Of a stretch of DNA of 64,000 nt, positions 25,286 to 35,235 are shown one piece after another. Each line of letters begins with the position of its first letter. The stretch's first letter is position 1. Location of the stretch: contig OZ059898.1 in the NCBI GenBank assembly GCA_964057225.1, positions 15,872,001-15,936,000 of the forward strand, written 5' to 3'. The notes below the pieces were generated by a model. It did no database searches and had not been told where the DNA came from. It was given only the letters and a program-made list of their open reading frames with translations. This DNA is from Auanema rhodensis. Taxonomy: Eukaryota > Animalia > Nematoda. The position numbers and the translations under genes are program-made.

Positions 25286-26205
25286 AAGGAATATCGGACC
25301 AGACCAAACTACTATTGGTAAACGCTTTCGCTCCTGGTACCCGAAAACAATATAACACGGCTTACAGAGCTTGGGAGAATTATTGCAAGCTATCCCAGAT
25401 CGAGTTCATCCCCAATGCAAAAAATGTTGCCAATTTCTTAGCCCATCGGGCAGAGAACAACGGTTTTTCCTCAGCTGCTACAGCAAGGGCGGCTCTCTGC
25501 CTTCTCGCTGAACACTATTCCGTAACTCCCCCACTCCGGGACGATCCGATGTTAAAAAAGCTTCTCCGCGGGATATATCGTTCCAAGCCTCCACACGCTA
25601 GATACATGGATATCTGGGACCCTTCTACGGTCTTGGCTCACCTAGAAAGTCTAGGTCCTAACGATTCGCTGTCCTTAGACTGTCTAACCCGCAAGCTTGC
25701 TACCCTCTTAGCTATGTGCTCCCCTCAACGAGCATCGGAACTATCGGCGCTATCACTCGACCACATGCGCTTTGACACACGAGGGGTCACCTTCTTCATC
25801 GAATTCAGGAACAAGAATAGGGGCAAGGGCCCTCCCCGCGAAGCTTGTTTCGAAAGCCATTCAGAACGCCCTCTTGTCTGCCCCATTGATTGCATAAATG
25901 CCTACCTGTCGGCTACCATGCATACTCGTCGATCGCGAAACCTTCTAGTTAGCATTAACAGAGGAGAACCAGTAGTCGCAACTACGGTAGCGGGTTGGAT
26001 TAGAACTTGCCTAGAAGAAGCGGGAATCCCCACAAAATTCAAAGCTCACTCAGTACGTGCTGCCGCTACGTCCAAAGCTTTTGAGAATGGACTGCCTGTC
26101 AAAACTATTTTAGACGCAGCTAACTGGGCCTCGGAAAGTACCTTCTTCAAACACTATTGCAAGAGACGCTCTTTCCAGGACTCCTTATTTTCTTTAACTA
26201 GCTAA
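25120..26205 (+). CDS. DIRS tyrosine recombinase (overlaps pol; true start unknown)
   Basis: Catalytic residues R (QRASEL), HSVR, ANW and Y (FFKHY). N-terminal APGTRKQY..W segment. No in-frame ATG before the conserved N-terminal domain. Confidence 0.9.
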   Translation: MEKPDLVSPSVPTSPRTPNEPPSSQPSPRQERQLSPPPGDKKFFPGGVEDFTASIEGISDQTKLLLVNAFAPGTRKQYNTAYRAWENYCKLSQIEFIPNAKNVANFLAHRAENNGFSSAATARAALCLLAEHYSVTPPLRDDPMLKKLLRGIYRSKPPHARYMDIWDPSTVLAHLESLGPNDSLSLDCLTRKLATLLAMCSPQRASELSALSLDHMRFDTRGVTFFIEFRNKNRGKGPPREACFESHSERPLVCPIDCINAYLSATMHTRRSRNLLVSINRGEPVVATTVAGWIRTCLEEAGIPTKFKAHSVRAAATSKAFENGLPVKTILDAANWASESTFFKHYCKRRSFQDSLFSLTS

Positions 26206-26657
26206 CAGTCGAATAAATATAATAGAATTTTTTTACTATAATAAGACGTAAAAAAGAGATTATATTTATTCGACTGGAGTCCCACCTTCCACCCCTTGGT
26301 CTCCACCTACGGAGTCCCTTCCTCGCGCTCTCTAGATTACGTTTTTCTTTAGATTCCGACGCCCCTCGAAGAACCCAGTTCCACGAAGATAGATCCTGCT
26401 CATCCCTATCCGAAGATCTCTCTGTCAGTATCGTTTTGTATCCCCTTTAACTTTTTAGAAATTATGAAGTGTTTTACTGATAGAATTGACTTGAGAACCC
26501 GGTTCCCGCCAATACTTAAAGCCCGCCTTTCCCACGGTCTTATTACCCTATTCAAAAAAATTTTTTTTTTGTAACGTGAGGTCAATGTAAACAATATAGC
26601 TAACAGTCGAATAAATATAATCTCTTTTTTACGTCTTATTATAGTAAAAAAATTCTA

Positions 26658-26765
26658 TTTCCGGAGAAAAGAGAGGTCCTTGTCAATTCTCATTCAGAAA
26701 TTCAGAATCTACACATCTGATAACCCAACTTGTTATTATTTTTATTTGATCTTAGTTGATCATTT
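26658..26765 (+). repeat. Partial satellite monomer between DIRS and BEL element A
   Basis: Continues the monomer interrupted at 22220. Confidence 0.95.
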
Positions 26766-27085
26766 TGTTCTTCGCTCTGCCCTTCCTTATTACCTTACAG
26801 CCATGTTTAGTTATTATTTCTCTTTATTGTTCCTTTATCCAAGCTTAAATCAATATTCGCGTAAGTTGCAATCGGGGGCTAAAACGGTGATGACTCAAGC
26901 GCCTTTGGCCATCCCACGGTTTCTGGGAAGATGTTGCCCAGGATAAGGCTTGAATCATCCTCCTCCAGCTTTAACCTTCCCACTCACAACATCTCGGGTA
27001 TTCATAATCTGAACCCGCCCCCCAAACATCTCTCTGCTTCTTTTTACCTCCTTCCGCTCCATAGTATCTTGCCTCGTAGGGTTAG

Positions 27086-27199
27086 TATATAAGCCGAGCC
27101 AATTTATCGTTTCTTCATGTGTTAAAGTATCAACCAGTCGTGCTGCCTTCCTCCTATTCCTATCGTTCTTGTATTTTAATTTATCCTTGGCTGAATAAA
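27086..27199 (+). promoter_or_regulatory. LTR TATA box (TATATAA 27086) and poly(A) signal (AATAAA 27194)
   Basis: Both motifs sit at equivalent positions in all three LTR types. Confidence 0.65.
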
Positions 27200-27234
27200 C
27201 TTCTTTCTTTCTACTCGGTCTAACAAATTCTAAA

Positions 27235-27256
27235 TCTACCACTGAACCAACAATGC
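27235..27256 (+). promoter_or_regulatory. U5 motif complementary to the 5' end of tRNA-Gly(GCC)
   Basis: TCTACCACTGAACCAACAATGC versus the complement of GCATCGGTGGTTCAGTGGTAGA (recalled nematode tRNA-Gly): 20/22. Copies at 36021-36042, 56635-56656, 46978-46999(-) and 38318-38336(-). Confidence 0.8.
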
Positions 27257-30200
27257 CTGTTCTCCGATCTCCAGTACCAAGAGAAGACCCGGAAAACAAC
27301 ATGGTGCATCAAGCCGAGCCTAGTGAAGCAGCCCGCGCCGAAGCGTGGATTGGAAAATGCTACCAACTATTGGAAAAGATTCGCGAATCGGACAACAAAA
27401 GGAAATCGTTCGTCAACCGAACGGTTAACTATCATTCTAACCGTGCCTCCAATATGATTGAAATTCGTCTCACGGAAATAAGATCTATCCAAGAGGACAC
27501 CGAAGCAATCCAAAACTTGATCGAGGAAATGAGAAACATAACGGACAACCTAACGGCAGAGGATCAAGAACGCCTAACCGCCAACGAGTGTACTCTCAGA
27601 AGACACATCAAATCTCTCACGGACTACAAAATCCATATCGAAGGACAAATCGAGTTTCTTCGCAACTCGAGACAAAATCAGGACCTGAGAGGAACAATTC
27701 CTCGTCTACAAACTCCACAACTTGAAGAGTCAATTGGAGGATTTCCCTCGAACCAGGACACCAACATCAATCAAGGACATCCTATGATAGTCCAAGATAA
27801 TTACCGCTATCGCCAGACAGTGAAACCAGTTGACATTCCAAAGTTTGATGGTAACATCAAGAACTGGACCAATTTCTGGACACTTTTCAACCGGCTTATC
27901 CATACCGCCAACATACAGGACATTGAGAAGTTCAATTACCTTCGCCAATCACTCACGGGTGAAGCAGCCTCATTGATTTCCTCATTTTCAACTGATGAAG
28001 AGTCGTACCACCCAGCGGTAAGCTACCTGAGAAGTGTCTACGATCACGAAGACAAAATTCTCCGATATCTCATGCTCGATTTCATACAACTGAAAGCGCA
28101 ATCTCCGAGCAACAAGGACTTATTGCTCCTTATGAGAAAAATTAATGGGATAGCAAGACAAACTGAAAGGAACAATGAAGCTGCCCTCAATGCACTTGCC
28201 ATCGTCCTTATTCAACAAAAACTGCCTGGACACATCCTGCAAGAAGTCTACCGCTCAGGATCCAACTCGAACATGAACTGGAGACAACTAGTGGACAATA
28301 CCGAAAAATACCTCCAACATGAACAAGAGGTTAAAAACATTTCATCGGACCTGCAGACGAAACCGGTTCCAAGAACCATGCATCAATCCTACAACAGACA
28401 AAACTTTGTCACCAATAACCGTCCAAAACCGGATAACAAAAAACCTTCCGGTAAGCAAACCTCGAACAGCTGCATATTTTGTCAAAAACCACACGCCCCA
28501 TGGACCTGTGACACTCCAAAGACAAGGAAAGAGAGACTGACCATACTGAATCAGGACAAAAGATGCATAAACTGTCTCAGAAAATCTCACGCAACAGAAG
28601 CATGCCCAAGCAAGCGCTTATGTTCGAACTGTGGAGGAAAACATATTGACCTTCTCTGCTTCAAAAAGAAAACGACAGAAGTCAACTTAACGAACAGCTT
28701 CCCCATTGAAGACGAGGACGAAGAGGAACACGTTATACAGTTTTCAACTCAAACGAAAACTAACCAATACCACAGCGCATTGTTACCCATTGGACAAATA
28801 GAGCTCCTTCATAAGGACAGGCCCATATCAATCCCAGCCCTACTAGACTGTGGATCAGACACTTCATTTATCGACGAGGACCTATCTAAGGAACTGGAAC
28901 TCCCAATAGTGGAATCCAAAAGAGTCAAAATCAAAACATTTGGTAACACAGCATCAATCGAAAGACTCAACAAAGTGGAAACAATGTTCAAAGGACACAA
29001 TTCCCACATCCTCGCACAACTTTGGACTAAGAAAGTCCTAACAGGACCTATTTCTACCGTCCGATTCTCTAAACCGACCAACACGTGCTACAAGCTGAAC
29101 AAAAATATGAAGATAACTCCAAGAATCCTCATAGGATCTGACCTCATGTGGCAAGCATTAATCTCAGTCGAACCATTATCCAAGGAACACATGGTAGTAC
29201 ACACCCAGTTCGGAGACTTTATTACCGGCCAAGCCACAAACCAGAAGTCGTTGAATGCTCACTCAGTAATATCGGAAGACTTATCCATTTCAATTCCAAT
29301 ATGGAACAAAAGCTTTGTAGAAGAACAAAGCGAATTCACCGGAACAGAAGCTGAGGAAAAAACCGCCAGAGACAAACTAATTCTGGATCAATTCAAGGAA
29401 ACAATCCAACAAAAAGAAGATGGTTACTACGTATCATTCCCATGGAAAGACAACGCCCATCTACTCCCCGACAACAAAGTTTTAGCACTCAAAAGACTCA
29501 CCAGTCTTGTACTAAAACTATCCCAACAACCAACATTACTCGAAGGATACAACAAAATAATTGAAGAACAGTTGGACCTAGGAATAATCGAAGAAGCTAA
29601 GGACCCTTATCCCAACGCATACAGGATCCATTACATAGCTCACCAAGCAGTAGTAACTCCTCAGAAAGAGACTACTAAAATCAGGATTGTCTACGATGCT
29701 TCTGGACATTATCAAAACAAGCCTAGCTTGAACGACGTCATACACCAAGGACCACTAATCTTACCATCACTAATTGGAATGATTCTAAGATTCAGATGTG
29801 GAAACACAGCTATGATAGCGGACGTACAAAAAGCCTTCTTACAAATTCGACTCCATGAGTCAGAAAGAGATGCTACTCGCTTCTTTTGGCTCAGAGATAT
29901 TCATCAACCACTAAGCACGGACAACACCAGAACTCTACGATTCTGCCGAGTACCATTTGGCATCAATGCATCACCATTCCTTCTCGGAGCCACCATACAA
30001 CACCACCTACAGAAGAAAAGCTCAGAAAGTCTTCTAGCACATAAAATCAAGGACAATCTTTATGTGGACAACTTACTCCTCGCCTCTGACTCAGCAGACC
30101 AAGTCAGAATGTGGTATTCCGAAACAAAGGATATATTCCAGGAAATGAATATGAAACTCCAAGAGTTCATATCCAACGATCAGATATTCAATTCAAATCT

Positions 30201-33200
30201 GACTCCTGAAGAACGGAATGCCTCCACAACACCTAAAATATTAGGACTTCCCTGGGACACATTATCAGACCAATGGATAATTCAAGCTCAAATCCCGGAA
30301 ACCAAGCTAACAAAGAGAGGAGTCACACAAGCTATCGCATCAATCTTCGATCCAATGGGTATGATCTGCCCAAGTTTACACCCACTACGAATCTTCCTTC
30401 AAAATCTATGGACAGAAAGTTTCGATTGGGACACTATACTACCAATGGAAATCCAAACCAGATGGAAACAATTATGCGAAAATTTTCACATCAACATAAG
30501 GATCCCCCGTCCCCTACCATCGGATACCAATGGACAATACCATCTGGTAACATGTACCGATTCTAGCGGCAATGCATTAGGATTCTGCTGCTACTTAATC
30601 GCAGCATCAACACGACAATTAGCCTTAATATTCGCAAAGTCTAAATTACACTCCAAAAACTCAACAATAACAATCCCAAAAGCTGAAATCTCGGCTCTAA
30701 CGATTGGAGTTTTCAACACGCTAAAAATCGTGAAAGAAATACAGGATAATATCAAAATTCTAACGGCTACATTCCTCACAGACTCTGAGATAACACTAGC
30801 GTGGATTCGGAAAAAACCTGAACAAAAAACAACAGGAGTACTGGTTCAAAACCGTATCAAGGAAATCTTCAACCTAACAGAAGAACTTGAGAACCTGGAC
30901 ATAAAAACATCTTTTGGATACATCCACACCAAGGACAATCCAGCAGACCTAGCAACAAGAGGCTGCTCAACAAGTGAACTAGAGAATCATTTCTGGTGGA
31001 ACCCAAAAGCGCAAATAGAAAAAGCTCTTAATGGACCTCTTTTTTCGCTCTGTGAAGACGAACTCCGGATCAATACTACAAACGTAGAGACAACGGACGA
31101 AGAGCCTTGGCTCTCAGACTGTTCATCTTGGATTGAAGCTCAACAAAAATGGATTTCCGCAAACTATCCATTAACAACAACTCATACACCAGCGATGTAT
31201 GAAGAAGCAGAGCTGAACCTGCTTCACCTTCATCAAAATAACTTAATGGTACGATTATCAGCCGCTCAACGAAACGACTTACGCCCTCTACTGAGACATC
31301 ACCTATGGCATAGTAGAGGACGCATGCAAAATGCCGAACTCGAAGAAAGTGCTAAACTCCCTATAATAGTCTTGCCAAAAACAAAAACAGCAAGATTACT
31401 AATCGAACACTTTCACGGACAATACCACAAAAGCACGGCACACACAATGGCTGAAGTTCGACAAAAATACTGGATACCGCAACTTCGTGCACAAACTCAA
31501 TTAGTGATAAGGAAATGCCCGGAATGCCAGAAATTGAACAATCGACCCTTCACTTATCCACCATCAGGAGATCTACCCAGTAGACGAACCAGGAAAAGTC
31601 GCCCATTTCAACATATTGGACTCGACTACTTCGGACCCATCGCCACACGAGACCGGAACCAGAAAGCGTGGGGATGCATTTACACCTGCACAGTCACTCG
31701 ACTTATTCACCTTGAAGTGATAGAGGACCTAACGACCAAGTCGTTTCTGAATTGCTTAAGAAAAATCTGGGCTAGACGAGGATCCCCAGAAAGCATCACA
31801 TGTGACAACGCAACAACCTTCGAACTAGGACAAAAGATCTCCAACAAGTTAATCTCAACAGCCAAAAACAACTCTTCCGATAACCAACATCGGATTAAAT
31901 GGCACAACATAACTCCTTATGCTCCATGGCAAGGAGGATTTTATGAACGACTCATAAGATCAGTGAAAAACGCGTTACATTCAACGCTAAGTAACATACC
32001 CTCAATGGACGATCTTTCTATTATCCTCGCCGAATGCGAAGCAACAATTAATACACGGCCACTAACATACATCGGATCAGACACAAGCATGGACGAAATT
32101 ATTCGACCATGTGATTTCATCCATAAGGATATGGATCTGAACATCTTTATTGACTCCGAGGATGAAGATACCGAATACATCGACAACCCGGCCCTTCAAA
32201 CGCAAGCTGACACAGAACTAGCCTTACACTCTTCTCGAAAACGGACAAACAAATTCTGGGAGCTATGGACCGAGCTTTACCTCAAAGAACTACGGGAATA
32301 CCATCACAACACGATTTCTTTGAAGAAAGCAGGTACCAACACAAAACCCACCATCGGACAAATCGTGTTGATCAACGACAGTCCCATTCCACGATACAAA
32401 TGGCCAACTGGACGAATAACTAACATACACCCAGACTCCGCAGGAAATATAAGAGAAGTAACACTTCTCTCAGAAACTGGTAGAGAGCTGAAAAGACCTG
32501 TGAATCTACTTCACCCGATGGAAATACCCACAGAAAAAATTCCAGAACCCCTACGGACTTTGGAAAAGCAGAACACGACGGTCGCTCAACGAGAACTTAA
32601 CCCTCGCAACCTTCAGAGAAAATGGTACGGAGATACCAATTCGCTGTTCACTCTACTTACCTTATTCGCCACACTTTTACCAACTGCAACGGCCATTCCA
32701 TCAATCTCATGTCACTCCAAAGGGGTATTAGTACAAGGCATTTTTACGGACAACCAACAAGTTTGCTCACACAACACTTGTTACAACAGCAGCAAAGGAG
32801 GAGCAATAACTCTTCCAGTAGAGGACATTCTAGCAGATTATCAAATCACCTGGACATTTGATCACAACTCACAAGTACAGCATATGACACTGCACTGCCC
32901 TGCAGTTCATTTCTGTTCTACAGTATCCTGCACATTCTGCTCAGCCACCTTATTCAATCCCTCTTGCTGGCCCTGGACGTCCATTCTACTACTCAGCTTT
33001 ATCACATATATGCTCACAGCTATTGGCTACGGACTTCTATACTCACCATGGGTTATTGGAAAACCCATTCGACTATGGACCTATTTTATATACGTGATAA
33101 TCATAATGATAGCAAAACGCCTCTTTGCCTTCGTGAATAAGAAACCCCACAAGAAAACTTTGAAACCATTAATCACAGTATTGCTACTTCAACAAGCCTT

Positions 33201-35235
33201 AGGTTGTCAAGAACTAAGTATGAGCTCTTCCCAAGAATCATCCTGCACTAAAGAAGCTTGCAAGGTTCGAACTGGACACACTCTCACAATAAGCCCGTAC
33301 ACTCAAGAAGCATGTCTCACATTCACTAACAACCAGAACAAAATTTCATTTCTACGTATTCAGTGGATCAAAACGACATACCTCTGTGAAATACGTTCAC
33401 TGTTTCACACACGAGCAACCAGCACTCACGTTCAAAGTAGCAAAAGATGTCCAAGAACAGGATCTTGCCAGGAAAACAAATGCACTCTGATACAACCAGA
33501 TTCCATGATCCAAGAATTGGAGATAGCGAATCAGTTTCCTGGACAAACACACTGCACCGAGTCATGTGGAGGAATCGGTTGTGGATGTTTTTACCCGTCA
33601 TCAGGATGTCTATTTTACCGCACCTACATGAAACCCATAGACAAATCAATCTATGAGGTGTTCTCTTGCAACGAATGGATACCTTCAACTCAATTACGAA
33701 TCACATATCAAAACGGATCTTCTACAACTTCACACATAATCACTCTACATTCTGATATTCCAACCAATCTACATCCGTTCAAATTTTCCGTAATGAGCCT
33801 AACACCTCCTGTCATACCATCAATGCAAGGACAATTCGTCAGAAATCTGACAAAAGTAGCCATATGGGAATTGCAGCCAACGCTGACATGCACTTCTCGC
33901 GAAAAGGCTAAGGATATGGATTGTAACGCAAATCCACACTGCGAATGTACACCAGCAGAAGATATAGCAAATTGCCACTGTAGAAACCAAAATATTCAGT
34001 CAACCTTCGGCAGTGTTCAAACAACGCTACCCATCTTCACACCAGCCTACTCAATAGAACCATCACAAAGGAGTATTGAAATCAACATTTACCGCAACAT
34101 GATGGCAGAAATTCACGCCTCAATAGACGGCATCTTCAACACAACATCTTCCCACGAAGACTCTACTTGCCATATCAATGACTCTATGGTCAGAGGTTGT
34201 TATAACTGTCAAAGCGGGGCACAAGCAAACATTATCTGCACATCAACAACAAAAACTTTAGCAGCTACAAACTGTGGAGACTCAGCATTCATGCTGAAAT
34301 GCAGCCCAAAAGGGACAGCTAACAACATTCGTCTGCCGATTAGCTCGGCCACACCCCGGATTGAATGTGCATACTCATGCGGACATGACACACAGAACTT
34401 CTCGCTAACAGGAATATTATACTATATCAGTAATATTCAAGACCTTCAAAGACATTACATTGAAGGCAACCACTCCTCACTTCACGAATCAGCAATTACA
34501 TTTCCCTGGCCGGAGCTTTCACACTTCTACGACATTTACATAGAATGGTACAAAGAGCTACTAATATGCCTACTCTTCATATTAATAGCGCTAACCATCT
34601 CTTATCAGATTTTCTGTGAATACGGCGCAAGATGGGCGTTCAGCATAACACGCATAATGTTCCGCCTCCTTTTTCTCATCCTGTGGTCTCCCATCGCTCT
34701 ATTCATCTTCCTCGCCCGCCAGCTCTTCCTTCTCCACCGAAGAAAGACTCACATCCTCTTGGTATTCATATTAGCTACAATGTCTATTCCTACAGCTAAT
34801 TGTTCTAATATTCAAGGCGTAATTGATCGCTCCGATCAAAGATGCCAAAGATATATTCGGCTGCCACTCGAAAAAAGAGTCGAATGCCTCAAGGAGCTTA
34901 CTCGAACTATGGACACTACTCTCAAGCTCCTCTTCAGCCTTGAAGAATGTAAGGACACCCCAGCTGGAAAGATCACCGATGTCGCCGCTAACAGCTTGAT
35001 AGCGTATATCAAGCTCAAAGACTTCTTATCCACCGCGAAGACTTCATACGTCTTTAACAGGGAAAAGGACCGTCTTAAAATATTAGGAAACGAACGACGG
35101 CTAACATCTTATTCGCAGCATCCAGAAAGAACATCTGTCTACAATAAGCCTGAAAAATATGCCTTACGAGCTCACAAAAACCCAGCAGAAAGCCGAGGAT
35201 GCTCCACACAACAAGAGCACCATCGTTGTCGTTGA
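27253..35235 (+). CDS. Gag-PR-RT-RH-IN-Env polyprotein (2660 aa); an apparent 2-bp deletion near 35106 shifts a C-terminus that would otherwise end at 35521
   Basis: Gag IPKFDG..W..F, three Cys/His knuckles, protease LLDCGS, RT ADVQKAF/PFG/YVDN, RH DNPAD, IN GLDYFGP/CDNA/GGFYERL, and phlebovirus Gc-like CTESCGGIGCGCFYPSSGCLF (~33553). Confidence 0.93.
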   Translation: MPVLRSPVPREDPENNMVHQAEPSEAARAEAWIGKCYQLLEKIRESDNKRKSFVNRTVNYHSNRASNMIEIRLTEIRSIQEDTEAIQNLIEEMRNITDNLTAEDQERLTANECTLRRHIKSLTDYKIHIEGQIEFLRNSRQNQDLRGTIPRLQTPQLEESIGGFPSNQDTNINQGHPMIVQDNYRYRQTVKPVDIPKFDGNIKNWTNFWTLFNRLIHTANIQDIEKFNYLRQSLTGEAASLISSFSTDEESYHPAVSYLRSVYDHEDKILRYLMLDFIQLKAQSPSNKDLLLLMRKINGIARQTERNNEAALNALAIVLIQQKLPGHILQEVYRSGSNSNMNWRQLVDNTEKYLQHEQEVKNISSDLQTKPVPRTMHQSYNRQNFVTNNRPKPDNKKPSGKQTSNSCIFCQKPHAPWTCDTPKTRKERLTILNQDKRCINCLRKSHATEACPSKRLCSNCGGKHIDLLCFKKKTTEVNLTNSFPIEDEDEEEHVIQFSTQTKTNQYHSALLPIGQIELLHKDRPISIPALLDCGSDTSFIDEDLSKELELPIVESKRVKIKTFGNTASIERLNKVETMFKGHNSHILAQLWTKKVLTGPISTVRFSKPTNTCYKLNKNMKITPRILIGSDLMWQALISVEPLSKEHMVVHTQFGDFITGQATNQKSLNAHSVISEDLSISIPIWNKSFVEEQSEFTGTEAEEKTARDKLILDQFKETIQQKEDGYYVSFPWKDNAHLLPDNKVLALKRLTSLVLKLSQQPTLLEGYNKIIEEQLDLGIIEEAKDPYPNAYRIHYIAHQAVVTPQKETTKIRIVYDASGHYQNKPSLNDVIHQGPLILPSLIGMILRFRCGNTAMIADVQKAFLQIRLHESERDATRFFWLRDIHQPLSTDNTRTLRFCRVPFGINASPFLLGATIQHHLQKKSSESLLAHKIKDNLYVDNLLLASDSADQVRMWYSETKDIFQEMNMKLQEFISNDQIFNSNLTPEERNASTTPKILGLPWDTLSDQWIIQAQIPETKLTKRGVTQAIASIFDPMGMICPSLHPLRIFLQNLWTESFDWDTILPMEIQTRWKQLCENFHINIRIPRPLPSDTNGQYHLVTCTDSSGNALGFCCYLIAASTRQLALIFAKSKLHSKNSTITIPKAEISALTIGVFNTLKIVKEIQDNIKILTATFLTDSEITLAWIRKKPEQKTTGVLVQNRIKEIFNLTEELENLDIKTSFGYIHTKDNPADLATRGCSTSELENHFWWNPKAQIEKALNGPLFSLCEDELRINTTNVETTDEEPWLSDCSSWIEAQQKWISANYPLTTTHTPAMYEEAELNLLHLHQNNLMVRLSAAQRNDLRPLLRHHLWHSRGRMQNAELEESAKLPIIVLPKTKTARLLIEHFHGQYHKSTAHTMAEVRQKYWIPQLRAQTQLVIRKCPECQKLNNRPFTYPPSGDLPSRRTRKSRPFQHIGLDYFGPIATRDRNQKAWGCIYTCTVTRLIHLEVIEDLTTKSFLNCLRKIWARRGSPESITCDNATTFELGQKISNKLISTAKNNSSDNQHRIKWHNITPYAPWQGGFYERLIRSVKNALHSTLSNIPSMDDLSIILAECEATINTRPLTYIGSDTSMDEIIRPCDFIHKDMDLNIFIDSEDEDTEYIDNPALQTQADTELALHSSRKRTNKFWELWTELYLKELREYHHNTISLKKAGTNTKPTIGQIVLINDSPIPRYKWPTGRITNIHPDSAGNIREVTLLSETGRELKRPVNLLHPMEIPTEKIPEPLRTLEKQNTTVAQRELNPRNLQRKWYGDTNSLFTLLTLFATLLPTATAIPSISCHSKGVLVQGIFTDNQQVCSHNTCYNSSKGGAITLPVEDILADYQITWTFDHNSQVQHMTLHCPAVHFCSTVSCTFCSATLFNPSCWPWTSILLLSFITYMLTAIGYGLLYSPWVIGKPIRLWTYFIYVIIIMIAKRLFAFVNKKPHKKTLKPLITVLLLQQALGCQELSMSSSQESSCTKEACKVRTGHTLTISPYTQEACLTFTNNQNKISFLRIQWIKTTYLCEIRSLFHTRATSTHVQSSKRCPRTGSCQENKCTLIQPDSMIQELEIANQFPGQTHCTESCGGIGCGCFYPSSGCLFYRTYMKPIDKSIYEVFSCNEWIPSTQLRITYQNGSSTTSHIITLHSDIPTNLHPFKFSVMSLTPPVIPSMQGQFVRNLTKVAIWELQPTLTCTSREKAKDMDCNANPHCECTPAEDIANCHCRNQNIQSTFGSVQTTLPIFTPAYSIEPSQRSIEINIYRNMMAEIHASIDGIFNTTSSHEDSTCHINDSMVRGCYNCQSGAQANIICTSTTKTLAATNCGDSAFMLKCSPKGTANNIRLPISSATPRIECAYSCGHDTQNFSLTGILYYISNIQDLQRHYIEGNHSSLHESAITFPWPELSHFYDIYIEWYKELLICLLFILIALTISYQIFCEYGARWAFSITRIMFRLLFLILWSPIALFIFLARQLFLLHRRKTHILLVFILATMSIPTANCSNIQGVIDRSDQRCQRYIRLPLEKRVECLKELTRTMDTTLKLLFSLEECKDTPAGKITDVAANSLIAYIKLKDFLSTAKTSYVFNREKDRLKILGNERRLTSYSQHPERTSVYNKPEKYALRAHKNPAESRGCSTQQEHHRCR
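27302..27318 (+). promoter_or_regulatory. Primer binding site, tRNA-Gly
   Basis: TGGTGCATC directly after the LTR-terminal ACA is complementary to ...GATGCA-CCA of tRNA-Gly. Confidence 0.85.

Larger units (their letters stand above)
22221..26657 (+). mobile_element. Complete DIRS1-like tyrosine-recombinase retrotransposon
   Basis: Inverted terminal repeats at 22221-22378 and 26463-26620, a right extension at 26621-26657, and an internal complementary region at ~26199-26276 that is the reverse complement of the circle junction. RT/RH/MT and YR ORFs are present; no TSD. Confidence 0.95.

Noticed and set aside
26955-27302. Antisense 115-aa ORF in LTR A and other short antisense ORFs inside TEs
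   Set aside because: Not conserved across LTR types; shadow ORFs of the coding strand.
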